NCBI GenBank assembly: GCA_964291395.2
Contig: OZ219856.1
Coordinates: 800,001-864,000, forward strand
DNA: 64,000 nucleotides
Direction of reading: 5' to 3'
From: Alphaproteobacteria bacterium
GTDB taxonomy: Bacteria > Pseudomonadota > Alphaproteobacteria > UBA2966
Shown: positions 1 through 9,442 of the stretch, piece after piece
Layout of the letters: each line of letters begins with the position of its first letter
Numbering within the stretch: position 1 is the first letter of the stretch
The notes under the pieces: generated by a model
Told to the model about the DNA's origin: nothing
The model's database searches: none
The model's input: the letters and a program-made list of their open reading frames with translations, nothing else
Program-made: the position numbers and the translations under genes

Positions 1-1113
1 GGCACCTGGCCCCACCGAGAGGTCAGCTTCGCCGGCAAACGCGTCGGAATCGTCGGTACGGGCTCGACGGGCATCCAGGCCATCCCCGTCATCGCCCGGG
101 AAGCGAAGCACCTGACCGTGTTCCAGCGCACGCCCCAATACACGTCGCCCGCCCGCAACCGGCCCATGGCGCCCGGCGAGCAGGAGGCGTTCAACGCGCG
201 CCACGACGATTGGCGCGACGAGGCGATGCACACCTTCAACGCCATAACCGACTATCCGCCCCCCACCAGGCACCATCACGAGGACACGCCCGAAGAACGC
301 CGCGCCTATCTCGAAGGACGGTGGGAAGAAGGAGGCATGCCGCAGGCCATGCTGGAGACTTACAAGAACGTCACCGTCGACGAGGCGGCCAACAAGGTGG
401 TGGCGGACTTCGTGCGCGGCAAGATTCGAGAGATCGTCAGGGACCCCGAGGTCGCGGAGAGGCTGTGTCCGCCTGAAGACCTGCCGATCGGATCGAAGCG
501 CCCGCCGATCGACACGGACTACTACGAGACTTTCAACCGTGACAACGTCACCCTGGTCGACATCAAGAGCGTGCCGATCGAAAGCATCACGGCGGATGGC
601 GTCAAGACGGGTGATGTGGAGTACGAACTCGACGCCATCGTCTTCGCGACCGGCTTCGACGCCATGACCGGGTCCTTGCTGGCGATCGACATCAGGACCA
701 GCACGGGCGCCTCGCTGAAGGACGCCTGGTCGGACGGACCGGACACGTACCTGGGACTGATGGTCGCGGGTCTGCCCAACCTGTTCATGATCAACGGACC
801 GGGCAGTCCGTCGGTGAAGGCCAACATGATCATGGCCATCGAGCACCATACGGATTGGATCATGGACCTGCTGGACCATCTCCGCGAACACGGGCTCGAC
901 CGGATCGAGGCGCAGAAACAGGCCCAGGACGAGTGGGTCGAGCATGCCCGCGAGGTCGCCGAGGCGACGCTGATGCCCGTGGCCGACTCCTGGTACGTCG
1001 GCGCCAACGTGCCCGGCAAGACGCGCGTCTACATGCCCTACTTCGGCGGGTTCGACCGCTACGTCAGGATCTGTGAAGAGGTGGTTGCCGACGGGTATCG
1101 CGGGTTTCGCTGA
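1..1113 (+). CDS. Baeyer-Villiger monooxygenase (cyclohexanone monooxygenase family), 5'-partial
   Basis: Frame open from nt 1: GTWPH..GKRVGIVGTGSTGIQ..VFQRTP; KRPP, ATGFDA and SWYVGANVPGK motifs typical of BVMOs. Confidence 0.92.
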   Translation, partial: GTWPHREVSFAGKRVGIVGTGSTGIQAIPVIAREAKHLTVFQRTPQYTSPARNRPMAPGEQEAFNARHDDWRDEAMHTFNAITDYPPPTRHHHEDTPEERRAYLEGRWEEGGMPQAMLETYKNVTVDEAANKVVADFVRGKIREIVRDPEVAERLCPPEDLPIGSKRPPIDTDYYETFNRDNVTLVDIKSVPIESITADGVKTGDVEYELDAIVFATGFDAMTGSLLAIDIRTSTGASLKDAWSDGPDTYLGLMVAGLPNLFMINGPGSPSVKANMIMAIEHHTDWIMDLLDHLREHGLDRIEAQKQAQDEWVEHAREVAEATLMPVADSWYVGANVPGKTRVYMPYFGGFDRYVRICEEVVADGYRGFR

Positions 1114-1194
1114 TCCTCGTGGACCGGACGGAGACGGGCGATCCTGCCCTGGACCCCTTCTCGTTCGACATCGATCGCCATCTGCCTCCGCGCG

Positions 1195-1275
1195 ACGAGC
1201 ACCGCAGCCCCGGCTTGGCCGGGAAACCGTCAGTGCGTTAACGTTCGAGCCGGACCACTCGGCGGGGGCGGGTCA
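1195..1275 (+). mobile_element. IS3-family right-end remnant
   Basis: TTAACGTTCGAGCCGGACCACTCGGCGGGGGCGGGTCA resembles alphaproteobacterial IS3 right ends; a similar end occurs inverted at 17071; no transposase. Confidence 0.55.
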
Positions 1276-2619
1276 ATGGCGGCCAACGGCATCTATCGCA
1301 TCGCCACGGGGGCGGGGTTCTCGTCGGACCGGCTCGACCCCGCCGTGGACCTGGTGAGACGCGGGCGGCTCGACGCCATCGTCTTCGAGTGCATCGGCGA
1401 GCGCACGCTGGCCTTCGGTCACCGGGACCGGCAGGCCGATGCGGACAAGGGATATACTCCGCTGCTCGAGCGGCGCATGCGGGCGATGCTGCCGCTCTGC
1501 CGCGAACACGGCACCCGGCTGATCACCAACATGGGGGTGGCCAACGTGCGGGGGGCCGCCGAGGCGACGGCGGCCGTGGCCCGCGACTTCGGGCTCGCTG
1601 GAATGAAGATCGCCGCCGTGCTGGGCGACGACGTGTCCGACGCCATACCCGACGATGCCCGATTGTCCGAGCCCGGCTGCACCGTGGGAGAGGTCGGCCG
1701 GCCCTTCATCGGCGCCAACGCCTATCTCGGCGCCGACGCCCTCCTGCCGGCCCTCGAAGCGGATGCCGACGTGGTCATCGCCGGGCGCGTCGCCGACCCG
1801 TCCCTGTTCCTGGCGCCGCTGCGCCAGCGCTTCGCCTGGCGGGGCGACGACTGGCCCGTCCTCGGTGCCGGCGCCTTGGTCGGCCATCTGATGGAGTGCG
1901 CGGCCCTGGTGACCGGCGGTTACTTCGCCGACCCCGGGGTCAAGGACGTGGCCGACCTGGCCGCCGTCGGCTTCCCGCTGGCCGAGGTCGCCGCCGACGG
2001 CAGCGCCGTGATCACCAAGCTGCCCGGTACCGGCGGGCGGGTCGACGAGCAGGTGGTGAAGGAGCAGCTCCTCTACGAGGTCCATGACCCGGCCGCCTAC
2101 GCGACGCCCGACGTGCTGGCCGATTTCTCCACCGCCGAACTGCAAGAGGCCGGAGCCGACCGGGTGCGCGTCAGCGGCGGCACGGGCGCCGTCCGGCCCG
2201 AAAAGCTCAAGGTGACGGTGGCCTTCGACGGCGGTTACCTCGCCGAGGCCGAGGTCTCGTACGCGGGCGCCAACGCCGCGGCGCGGGCCCGCCTCGCCGG
2301 CGACGTCGTCGAGGAGCGTTTGGCCCGCGTGCACGGCAGCAACGCGCCCCGGCGCGTCGATCTCATCGGGGTCGCTTCCGTTCACGCCAGCGCCGTGACC
2401 GGCCCCGACGAGAGCCGCGACGTGCGCCTGCGCTGCGCCCTGCGCGCCCAGAGCCGCGAGGAGGCCGAGGACCTGTTGTGGGAGGTCGAGTCGCTCCTGA
2501 ACTGCGGGCCTTCCGGCGGCGGCGGGTACCGCGGACACGTGACGCCGAGCGTGATGACCTATTCGACGTTCATCGGGCGGGACCGGGTCTCGCCGTCGGT
2601 GGAGGTCATCGAGACATGA
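1276..2619 (+). CDS. Acyclic terpene utilization AtuA-family protein (DUF1446)
   Basis: GAGFSSDR, FECIGERTLA, GRVADPSLFLAP, GHLMEC, EQLLYEVHDPAAYATPDV motifs. Confidence 0.9.
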   Translation: MAANGIYRIATGAGFSSDRLDPAVDLVRRGRLDAIVFECIGERTLAFGHRDRQADADKGYTPLLERRMRAMLPLCREHGTRLITNMGVANVRGAAEATAAVARDFGLAGMKIAAVLGDDVSDAIPDDARLSEPGCTVGEVGRPFIGANAYLGADALLPALEADADVVIAGRVADPSLFLAPLRQRFAWRGDDWPVLGAGALVGHLMECAALVTGGYFADPGVKDVADLAAVGFPLAEVAADGSAVITKLPGTGGRVDEQVVKEQLLYEVHDPAAYATPDVLADFSTAELQEAGADRVRVSGGTGAVRPEKLKVTVAFDGGYLAEAEVSYAGANAAARARLAGDVVEERLARVHGSNAPRRVDLIGVASVHASAVTGPDESRDVRLRCALRAQSREEAEDLLWEVESLLNCGPSGGGGYRGHVTPSVMTYSTFIGRDRVSPSVEVIET

Positions 2620-2933
2620 GCCGCCGCCCCCTGCGCGAGATCGCCCATGCCCGCGCCGGCGACAAGGGCAACCGCTCCAACGTCTCCGTCTTCGCCTATG
2701 CGGCCGAGCATTATCCGGTGCTCCTCGCGGAAGTCACGCCGGCCCGGTTGAAGCGGGAATTCGGCGGCGTGCTGCGCGGCGAGATCGTCCGCTACGAGCT
2801 GCCCAACCTGAACGGCATCAACCTGGTCATGGACCGGGCACTGGAGGGCGGCGTGAACGAATCGCTCAACCTCGACGGCCATGGCAAGTCGTGGAGCTCG
2901 TTGATCCTCGGAATGGAGATCGAGGTGCCCTGA
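2616..2933 (+). CDS. AtuA-related small ferredoxin-fold protein
   Basis: LREIAHARAGDKGNRSNV...SLNLDGHGKS; ATGA overlap with upstream stop. Confidence 0.85.
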   Translation: MSRRPLREIAHARAGDKGNRSNVSVFAYAAEHYPVLLAEVTPARLKREFGGVLRGEIVRYELPNLNGINLVMDRALEGGVNESLNLDGHGKSWSSLILGMEIEVP

Positions 2934-3354
2934 CGGATTGTCGGGGATCTCCGGTAGAGCCGGTGGCCGGATCCTGATGCTGTCGTCTCGGAAGTTGGCG
3001 CAGTGGCACGAGGAGGTGGGGTGCGTGGCCGAAGACGCCGCTGAAACGCTGGCCTTGGGATCCGGCACGGAGTTCACGGACCTCGTGCGGCGGGAGACCA
3101 CGGAGATCCATGCGCTGCCGTGAGGTCCGTTACCGCGCCGCGTTCAGCAGAGACATTGGAAAGACAGCGCTACGGGGCCAAAATTCCCGAAGACTCTCGT
3201 CTTTTGGTAGTGACCTTTTCGGCGTCACGGCGGCGTCCGGAGTCGTCAGGACCGAACTGCCCCCGAGTGGCTGAATTGAGGGTGTCAGGCCGGTTCGCCC
3301 GATCCGGACTCCACGTTCATGTGAGTCGGGCCGATGCCTGTATGACCCGCGGTT

Positions 3355-4590
3355 TTAAGCATCCTCCGGGTCGATCGAAATTTGAGTCTGGCTTCGTGGC
3401 ACCAGAATGTGCAATCCCATGCCCCGCATGGTGTGATCGTCACTGGCCAGGCAGATAGGTTGAAGGGCGAGAAAAACATCGGCAAGAACGGTTGAATTCC
3501 AGAACCAGGCCTCTAAATCAGCCCGGCTGGGCGTACCCGGTTGAGCCGTGACTGCCTCGAAATAAAAGGTTTTGAGGTCGTCACAGGCTAGCTTCAGGAC
3601 ATCACCGGAAGTCAGCCCATCTCGAGGGCTTTCGTCCGGTGGGTTTTCCAGGAAGGACAGTATGTACTTGCCGGCCTCCTCCATGCCAAAACCGCTGATC
3701 CCTACCGTCGTCCGTCCTCGGCGTTCGACAGCCAGGTCGTACCACGGCGTCATCTGCCCGATCTCGCGCCTCAACGCAGCCTTGAGACTTCCCTCGTCTT
3801 CATCTTCCGGCGCCCCGAAATTGACTGGGCAGGCCCACCCCTCCATCTCTTCTTCCGTTGGTGCAGGCGCGTCTTCACGGTAGTCGACGATAAGGGGACC
3901 CGAGTCCGCTTCGAATAGATCGAGCGCCGCTTTCAGGACCCGGGTCTGGAAGGCGGCGTCGCCCGGAGCTCCGAAGGGACGGCCAAGTTCAAACGGCACC
4001 CATAGCGCTCGTGGCGGGCGAGAGATTTCTGTGTGCGGACGGATAAGGCTGATCTGCGACGTCGCCACGCCTTCGTCTTCAATATATAGTCCCAGCCCGC
4101 CTACGGCGCGCGTGCAGGCCGGTCATATGGGCACAAGAAGAACGGCGTCGACATTATCGTCCTTGAGAACGCCGGCCAATTGGCGGGCCGTGGTCTCCAT
4201 CTTGGCCGGTGGGGTCGCTCCCAGGAACGAGTAATGATAGTCAGCGACGGACCCGATGATACCTTCCGCAGCCATTTCGTGGAGACGGTCGATCGGGAAG
4301 ACAACGTTTAGGTCCTCCTGGAAGCCGGTACGATCGAAATTGATCGAGATGTGGCTCATCACCAAATCGGCGGCGTCGTAATCGCCCGGGATGATACGGA
4401 AATCACCCGCTCCCTTGGTAAACGGTCGGTCGCCGCGGCGCTGCAATCCGGCCGTCGTGACAATTGCGACCCGGCGCTCGGCCAATGGCACTCCCGTGAC
4501 CCAAGGTGCCGGTTCAAGGGTAATGCAGTTCTCGGCGATAAGGGCCATTGCGTCCTGCTCATAGTCAGGAAGATCTGTCCAGCGGACCAT
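3355..4590 (-). CDS. Glycine/sarcosine/betaine/proline reductase selenoprotein B-like protein, probable Sec read-through at TGA 4125-4123
   Basis: ORFs 4123..4599 and 3355..4068 are in one frame separated only by TGA: DAVLLVPI-U-PACTRAVGGLGLYIEDEGVATSQISL..PPRALWVPFELGRPFG. Confidence 0.8.
4092..4122 (-). promoter_or_regulatory. Candidate bacterial SECIS stem-loop
   Basis: Immediately 3' of the UGA, CCGGCCUGC can pair with GCGGGCUGG (9 bp incl. G-U) around ACGCGCGCCGUAG. Confidence 0.4.
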
Positions 4591-4682
4591 GTGACTCACC
4601 CGGCCAGTTTGATGACACCGATACGGTATCCTTCTCGAGAACGATCCACAAGGAATGGATCTGAGCCTGCCACTGACTAGCC

Positions 4683-4862
4683 CGCATCCCTGGACAGGAC
4701 GGGGCGCCGGTCTTCAAGAAGCGACTTGCAGTTGGCGGGCGAGGTGCCCGCGCTGGCGTTCGGCTCATCTACTGCCTTGACGAGCACTGCGTGGTGGCGT
4801 TGTTCGTTTACGCCGAGAACGGGAAGGCTGACGTTCCTGTTCCGGAGATCGGGGCCGCTTGA
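4683..4862 (+). pseudogene. RelE/HigB-like toxin C-terminal fragment
   Basis: Manual translation RIPGQDGAPVFKKRLAVGGRGARAGVRLIYCLDEHCVVALFVYAENGKAD; no start codon. Confidence 0.55.
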
Positions 4863-5046
4863 GCCGTGGCCGACCTGCTCGCATCGGTTCGAGAGTTGAG
4901 ATCTCCCGTTTCATTGAAGCAGAACCGCAAATTCCGTAGAATTCGCACGATTCGCAAATCCGGAGGAATTTCGGGACGCAACCCGGTCCCGGATGGCCGC
5001 GGCGTGGGGAGCGGACCTCTTCCGGTGTCGGGAAACGAGGATCTTC

Positions 5047-5988
5047 ATGACCATTACCGAAGGCGTTGAAAAGTCACGCAAGACATCGCGGGGCACATCC
5101 TCTCGGAAGCGCAACGAGAGGGCTGCGAAATCGGCAAAGCCCGAGATCAGGCGCGTATCGCCCGCCCTCGGCGCGGAGGTCCTCGACGTGGACCTCAGGG
5201 AGGACTTGCCGGACGAGACCATCGCCGAGATGAGAAAGGCCCTGAGCGAGAACTGCCTCCTCCTGATCCGGGATCAGGACATTACGCCGGAACAGCATGT
5301 GGCGTTCAGTCGCCGGTTCGGCGAGCTCGAGATTCACGTGTTGACCGAATACCTCCTGCCGGATCAGCCGGAAGTCCTGGTGCTGTCCAACGTCAAGAAG
5401 AACGGCAAGATCGTGGGCCGGGCCGGGGTCGGCGAATATTGGCATTCCGATCTGCAGTACCTCGCCAGGCCCTCGCTGGGATCGATCATGCATGCCATCG
5501 AGGTGCCCGAGATCGGTGGCGACACCATGTTCGCCAACCAGTTCGCGGCCTACGACGCGTTGTCGGACGGCATGAAGGATCTGCTCGGCGGCCTGGAGGT
5601 CGTGCACCACTTTGCCAAGGCGCGGTACAATTCCGTCCAGGTGGGCTATGCCCGGCCGTACAGCGACGAGGAGCTGAAGAAGACTCCGCCCGTCACGCAT
5701 CCCGCCGTGCGCACCCATCCCGAGACGGGCAGGAAGGCGCTCTATGCCAGTCCCGGTTTTGCGCTCAATTTCGTCGGCATGACGGAGGAGGAGAGCCGGC
5801 CGCTCCTCGAATTCCTGTACCGGCACGCGGTCAATCCGCGCTTCCTCTACCGTCACAAATGGCGGGCCAACGATATCGTGTTCTGGGACAACCGCAGCCT
5901 CATGCACTACGCCGTGCAGGATTACGATCACGCCAACGACCGCCGCCACATGCACCGCACGACGATCTCGGGCGACGAGCCGTATTGA
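5047..5988 (+). CDS. TauD/TfdA-family Fe(II)/2-oxoglutarate dioxygenase
   Basis: WHSD, GGDTMFAN, HPAVRTHPETGRKALY, FWDNRSLMHYA, RHMHRTT motifs. Confidence 0.93.
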   Translation: MTITEGVEKSRKTSRGTSSRKRNERAAKSAKPEIRRVSPALGAEVLDVDLREDLPDETIAEMRKALSENCLLLIRDQDITPEQHVAFSRRFGELEIHVLTEYLLPDQPEVLVLSNVKKNGKIVGRAGVGEYWHSDLQYLARPSLGSIMHAIEVPEIGGDTMFANQFAAYDALSDGMKDLLGGLEVVHHFAKARYNSVQVGYARPYSDEELKKTPPVTHPAVRTHPETGRKALYASPGFALNFVGMTEEESRPLLEFLYRHAVNPRFLYRHKWRANDIVFWDNRSLMHYAVQDYDHANDRRHMHRTTISGDEPY

Positions 5989-6018
5989 GGTCTCCGCTGC
6001 CCCCGTCCTCCGGTCGGC

Positions 6019-6918
6019 TCACCCTTTCCGGTTCTCCTGCCAGATGTCGTTGACCACGTTGTAGAGGTCGCTCCAGTCGTTGTCGCCGTGGCCCCGCTCC
6101 AGGGCGGCGTCGTAGGCCGCCAGCGCGGCGGGCGCGGTGTAGCAGGGCAGGCCCTCGCGCTCCATCATCGTGCGCGCGATGTTGACGTCCTTGCGGGCAT
6201 GCTTGATGGCGAAGCCGGGGTCGAGGTCGCCGGCCAGCGCCTTGTTCGGGAAATGCTGCCTCGAGTGCCCGTTGCCGGCCAGGGTGTCGTTGACGATCTC
6301 GAGCGTCTTGTCCGGGCCGACTCCGCCCGCTTCGGCGAGGCGCAGCGCCTCCGCGACCATCACGGCGCCGGCCGTGGCCATGAAGTTGTTGACGATCTTG
6401 CAGGTCATGCCGTGACCCACGTCGCCGCAGTCGATGATCGTCGTGCCCATCGCCTCGAGCGCCGGCATGGCGGCGGCCTTGTCCTCCGTCGAACCCGCGA
6501 CCATGAGCATGGAGTTGCCTTGGCGGGCGTCGTCGGCGGTCCGGCCCACCGGCGAGTCGACATAGCCCCAGCCCGCCGCCTTGGCCTGCGCCGCGAACTT
6601 CGGCACGGCGCCCGGGTCGATGGTGCACATCACCATGACGACGCGCCCCTCGCCGGGGCTCTTCAGCAGCCCGTCGTCGCCGTTCAGCACGGCGTCGACC
6701 TCGGGCACGTCGGGCACCATGACGATGACGAGCTGCGAACCCTCGCCGGTGGCGCCGGGCGTGTCGACCATCTCGCCGCCGTTCGCCTTCACTTCATCGC
6801 CGGCGCCGGGAAGGGGGTCGTACCCTTTCACCTTGAAGCCCGCCCCGAGCAGGGCGCTCGACATCGCCGTGCCCATCAGGCCGAGGCCGATGAAGCCCAC
6901 TTGTTCGATCTCACCCAT
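6019..6918 (-). CDS. NAD(P)-dependent oxidoreductase, 3-hydroxyisobutyrate dehydrogenase family
   Basis: VGFIGLGLMG, DSPVGRT, KIVNN, KD motifs. Confidence 0.9.
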   Translation of the reverse strand: MGEIEQVGFIGLGLMGTAMSSALLGAGFKVKGYDPLPGAGDEVKANGGEMVDTPGATGEGSQLVIVMVPDVPEVDAVLNGDDGLLKSPGEGRVVMVMCTIDPGAVPKFAAQAKAAGWGYVDSPVGRTADDARQGNSMLMVAGSTEDKAAAMPALEAMGTTIIDCGDVGHGMTCKIVNNFMATAGAVMVAEALRLAEAGGVGPDKTLEIVNDTLAGNGHSRQHFPNKALAGDLDPGFAIKHARKDVNIARTMMEREGLPCYTAPAALAAYDAALERGHGDNDWSDLYNVVNDIWQENRKG

Positions 6919-7183
6919 CTGTCCTTCCCCCCTGGAACCGTTGCTTTCCGCGCCGGCCGGCGTGCCGGGGCGCGTGAACCTACACGGCGCGGGTTGCCGC
7001 TTCAACGCGCGGCGCTTGGCCTTGGCGATGGCCGTCCCGCGCTGAAACGAGACGATCGGCTCGCGGGCGACAGAGGGTTGCCCTCGACCGCCTGTAGACG
7101 CGCGGCCTCGGCCTGCCGCTCGTTCATGACCGCGCCCCGACGGCCGACTTCATGCATCGCCCTGTTCATGCGGTGAGACGTTG

Positions 7184-7199
7184 GGGGAACATGTTCCCC
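7184..7199. promoter_or_regulatory. Perfect 16-bp palindrome upstream of phage late operon (putative activator site)
   Basis: GGGGAACATGTTCCCC, about 130 bp before the first phage gene. Confidence 0.45.
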
Positions 7200-7330
7200 T
7201 GACGCCCGGCCGCGGGTCTTCCGATACTCCTCGCCGGCGCCGCGGCGATGCGGGACGGGACACGTCCTCCATGCCCGGCATCGCGGTCTCGTCCGCGGCG
7301 CCCCGTCGACGCCGATCGGGAACGCACGCC

Positions 7331-7771
7331 ATGATCATGAAGAGGGCCCTGCTCCGCCGCGACACGGAGGGCGACCACGGCACCCTCGGGGTGCTCGCCG
7401 CTCCCGGCCTGCCGGACCCGCTCCAGGTCATGGAGCCGCCGTGGCGCGACAACCGCCGCAACCGCTCCCGCATCCCGCCCGGCATCTACGAGGTGCTGCC
7501 CCATCTGTCGCCGCGTTTCCGTTCCTGCCTGCTGGTCTCGGGCGTGCCGGAGCGCAGCCATATCCTGTTCCACGCGGGCAACGTCGGAGGGGACGTCGAG
7601 CAGGGCTGGCACACCCACACCCACGGCTGCCTGCTGCCGGGTATGCGCCGCGGCCGGATCGAGGTGCGCGGCCGCGTCCAGGCGGCGGTGCTCTCGTCCC
7701 GGACCGCGTTCCGGCACCTCATGACCTGGTGCGCCGGCGCGCCCTTCACCCTGGAGATCGTCGATGCTTGA
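7331..7771 (+). CDS. DUF5675-family putative phage endolysin
   Basis: GTLG..EPPWRDN..SRIPPGIY..VPERSHILFHAGN..THGCLLPG signature; first gene of lysis cassette. Confidence 0.75.
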   Translation: MIMKRALLRRDTEGDHGTLGVLAAPGLPDPLQVMEPPWRDNRRNRSRIPPGIYEVLPHLSPRFRSCLLVSGVPERSHILFHAGNVGGDVEQGWHTHTHGCLLPGMRRGRIEVRGRVQAAVLSSRTAFRHLMTWCAGAPFTLEIVDA

Positions 7772-8279
7772 CCTGCTGACCTCGATCCTGACCGGCGGCG
7801 CGACCGGCCTGCTCGGCACCGCCCTTTCCTTTGCCACCAGCCATTTCCAGGCCCGGCAGCGCCACGCCCAGGAGCTCGAATTGCGCCGGCTCGACATGGA
7901 GCTCGCCGAGGTCGAAGCGGCCGGCGCCGAGCGGGTCGCCGCGCTCGAGCTGGAGGGCGGGACGGCCCGGGCCGAGCTCGCGGCCTTCCGCGAGTCCTAC
8001 CGCGAGGCGGCGCGGCGCTGGAGCCGCCCCGGCGACGGCTGGCTCATGCGGTTCGTCGATTTCGTGCGGGGCATGACGCGGCCGGCCCTCACCTGGGGGT
8101 TCGTCGCGCTCACCGGCGCCATCTACTTCACGATGGGCGACGCGGACGCCGTCGTCGACGGCACCGCCGTCAAGGCGCGGATCGTCGACACCGTGCTCTA
8201 TCTCACCACCACCTGCGTGCTGTGGTGGTTCGGCGCTCGCCAGATCGCCAAGGGCGCGCGTCCGGCGGGGACGGGCTGA
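7764..8279 (+). CDS. Putative holin (3TM-holin-like)
   Basis: Hydrophobic segments, VRGMTRPALT and WWFGAR motifs; follows endolysin. Confidence 0.65.
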   Translation: MLDLLTSILTGGATGLLGTALSFATSHFQARQRHAQELELRRLDMELAEVEAAGAERVAALELEGGTARAELAAFRESYREAARRWSRPGDGWLMRFVDFVRGMTRPALTWGFVALTGAIYFTMGDADAVVDGTAVKARIVDTVLYLTTTCVLWWFGARQIAKGARPAGTG

Positions 8280-8605
8280 TGCCGGGGGCGGAAGCCTGGC
8301 AGGCGTTCGGCGGCGTCGTCACGGTCCTGATCTTCCTCGGCGGCGGCGCCTTCGCGCTGAAGCGCCTCGGCATCGTCGGCGCCCGCGCCGCGGCGGCGCC
8401 GGCCCGCGGCGGACCCGCCGAGGGCGACCTCGCGGACCGCGTCGTCGGGCTCGAGCGCGGGCTCGGCGACCTGCGCCTGCACGTCGCCGAGAATTACGTG
8501 CGCCGCGACGACTACATCCCCAACGAAAGCCGGGTCATCGGCCTGTTGGAGACCCACGGCGTGATGCTGGCGCGGCTCGAGGAGAGGATCGGAGGGGGAC
8601 CATGA
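8279..8605 (+). CDS. Mu-like phage membrane/coiled-coil protein
   Basis: N-terminal TM helix, LHVAENYVRRDDYI motif; position in operon. Confidence 0.6.
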   Translation: MPGAEAWQAFGGVVTVLIFLGGGAFALKRLGIVGARAAAAPARGGPAEGDLADRVVGLERGLGDLRLHVAENYVRRDDYIPNESRVIGLLETHGVMLARLEERIGGGP

Positions 8606-8922
8606 GGGACAACCTGAGCCAGGACCACATCGCCGCCCTGCGCTGGACGATCCTGCGCACGTTGATGGTGGGCGGCCACCTCGGGGCGACCGACAAGATG
8701 TGCCTCGACGTCGCCCGCGCCGAATACATCGGCGTCACGATGCAGCGCATCCATACCGAGTTCGACTATCTGGAGTCGCGCAAGCTGATCGAGACGGAGC
8801 GCTCCGAGCTCCGCGCCTGGCGGGCCAAGCTCACGCGCCACGGCCGGGACGTCGTGGACTACGAGGTCGGCGTCGAGCCCGGCATCACCCGGCCGCCCTT
8901 TCTCGATCCGCGCGCGGGCTGA
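8602..8922 (+). CDS. Mu gp26-like winged-helix protein
   Basis: LRWTILRTL..EFDYLESRKL..LTRHGRDVVDY..PGITRP. Confidence 0.65.
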   Translation: MRDNLSQDHIAALRWTILRTLMVGGHLGATDKMCLDVARAEYIGVTMQRIHTEFDYLESRKLIETERSELRAWRAKLTRHGRDVVDYEVGVEPGITRPPFLDPRAG

Positions 8923-8926
8923 CGCC

Positions 8927-9442
8927 GTGCCGCCGCGCTCCAAGGTGGCGGGCCTGCCCTCCGAGGTCCGGGACGAGCTCGACCGCCGGCTCTCCGAGGG
9001 CGGGTTCCGCGACTACAGGAGCCACGCCGAATGGCTGACCGAGCTCGGTCATCCGGTGTCGCACACCTCCGTGCACCGCTACGGGTCCAGGCTCGAGCGG
9101 CGCATCGAGTCGCTCCGCGTGTCGAGCGAGATGGCGGCCGCCCTCGTCGCCGCCTCGCCCGACGACGCCGTTGCCATGGCCGACGCGTCGATCCAACTGG
9201 TCCAGGAGCGCATGTTCCAGCTCCTGCTGGCCTCCGAGGAGGGGGATTTGGAGGAGATGACGATAGCCGCCCGGGCGCTCGCCGAGGCGGCGCGGGCCAG
9301 CATCGCCATCCGCGCCGACCGGCGCAAGGCGCTGGCCGAGGCCGCCGAGCGTGCGGGCAAAGCCTCCAAGAAGGCCGGGCTGTCGAAGAACACCGCGGCC
9401 GCGATCCGGGCCGCGATCCAGGGCGGCGAGGAGGCCGCATGA
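8927..9442 (+). CDS. DUF3486 / Mu gp27-like small terminase subunit
   Basis: PRSKVAGLPSEVRDELDRRL..YRSHAEWL..SHTSVHRYG; directly before terminase. Confidence 0.8.
   Translation: MPPRSKVAGLPSEVRDELDRRLSEGGFRDYRSHAEWLTELGHPVSHTSVHRYGSRLERRIESLRVSSEMAAALVAASPDDAVAMADASIQLVQERMFQLLLASEEGDLEEMTIAARALAEAARASIAIRADRRKALAEAAERAGKASKKAGLSKNTAAAIRAAIQGGEEAA

Noticed and set aside
2938-3350. Short ORFs between the AtuA pair and the selenoprotein
   Set aside because: No recognisable motifs or RBS; cannot be supported
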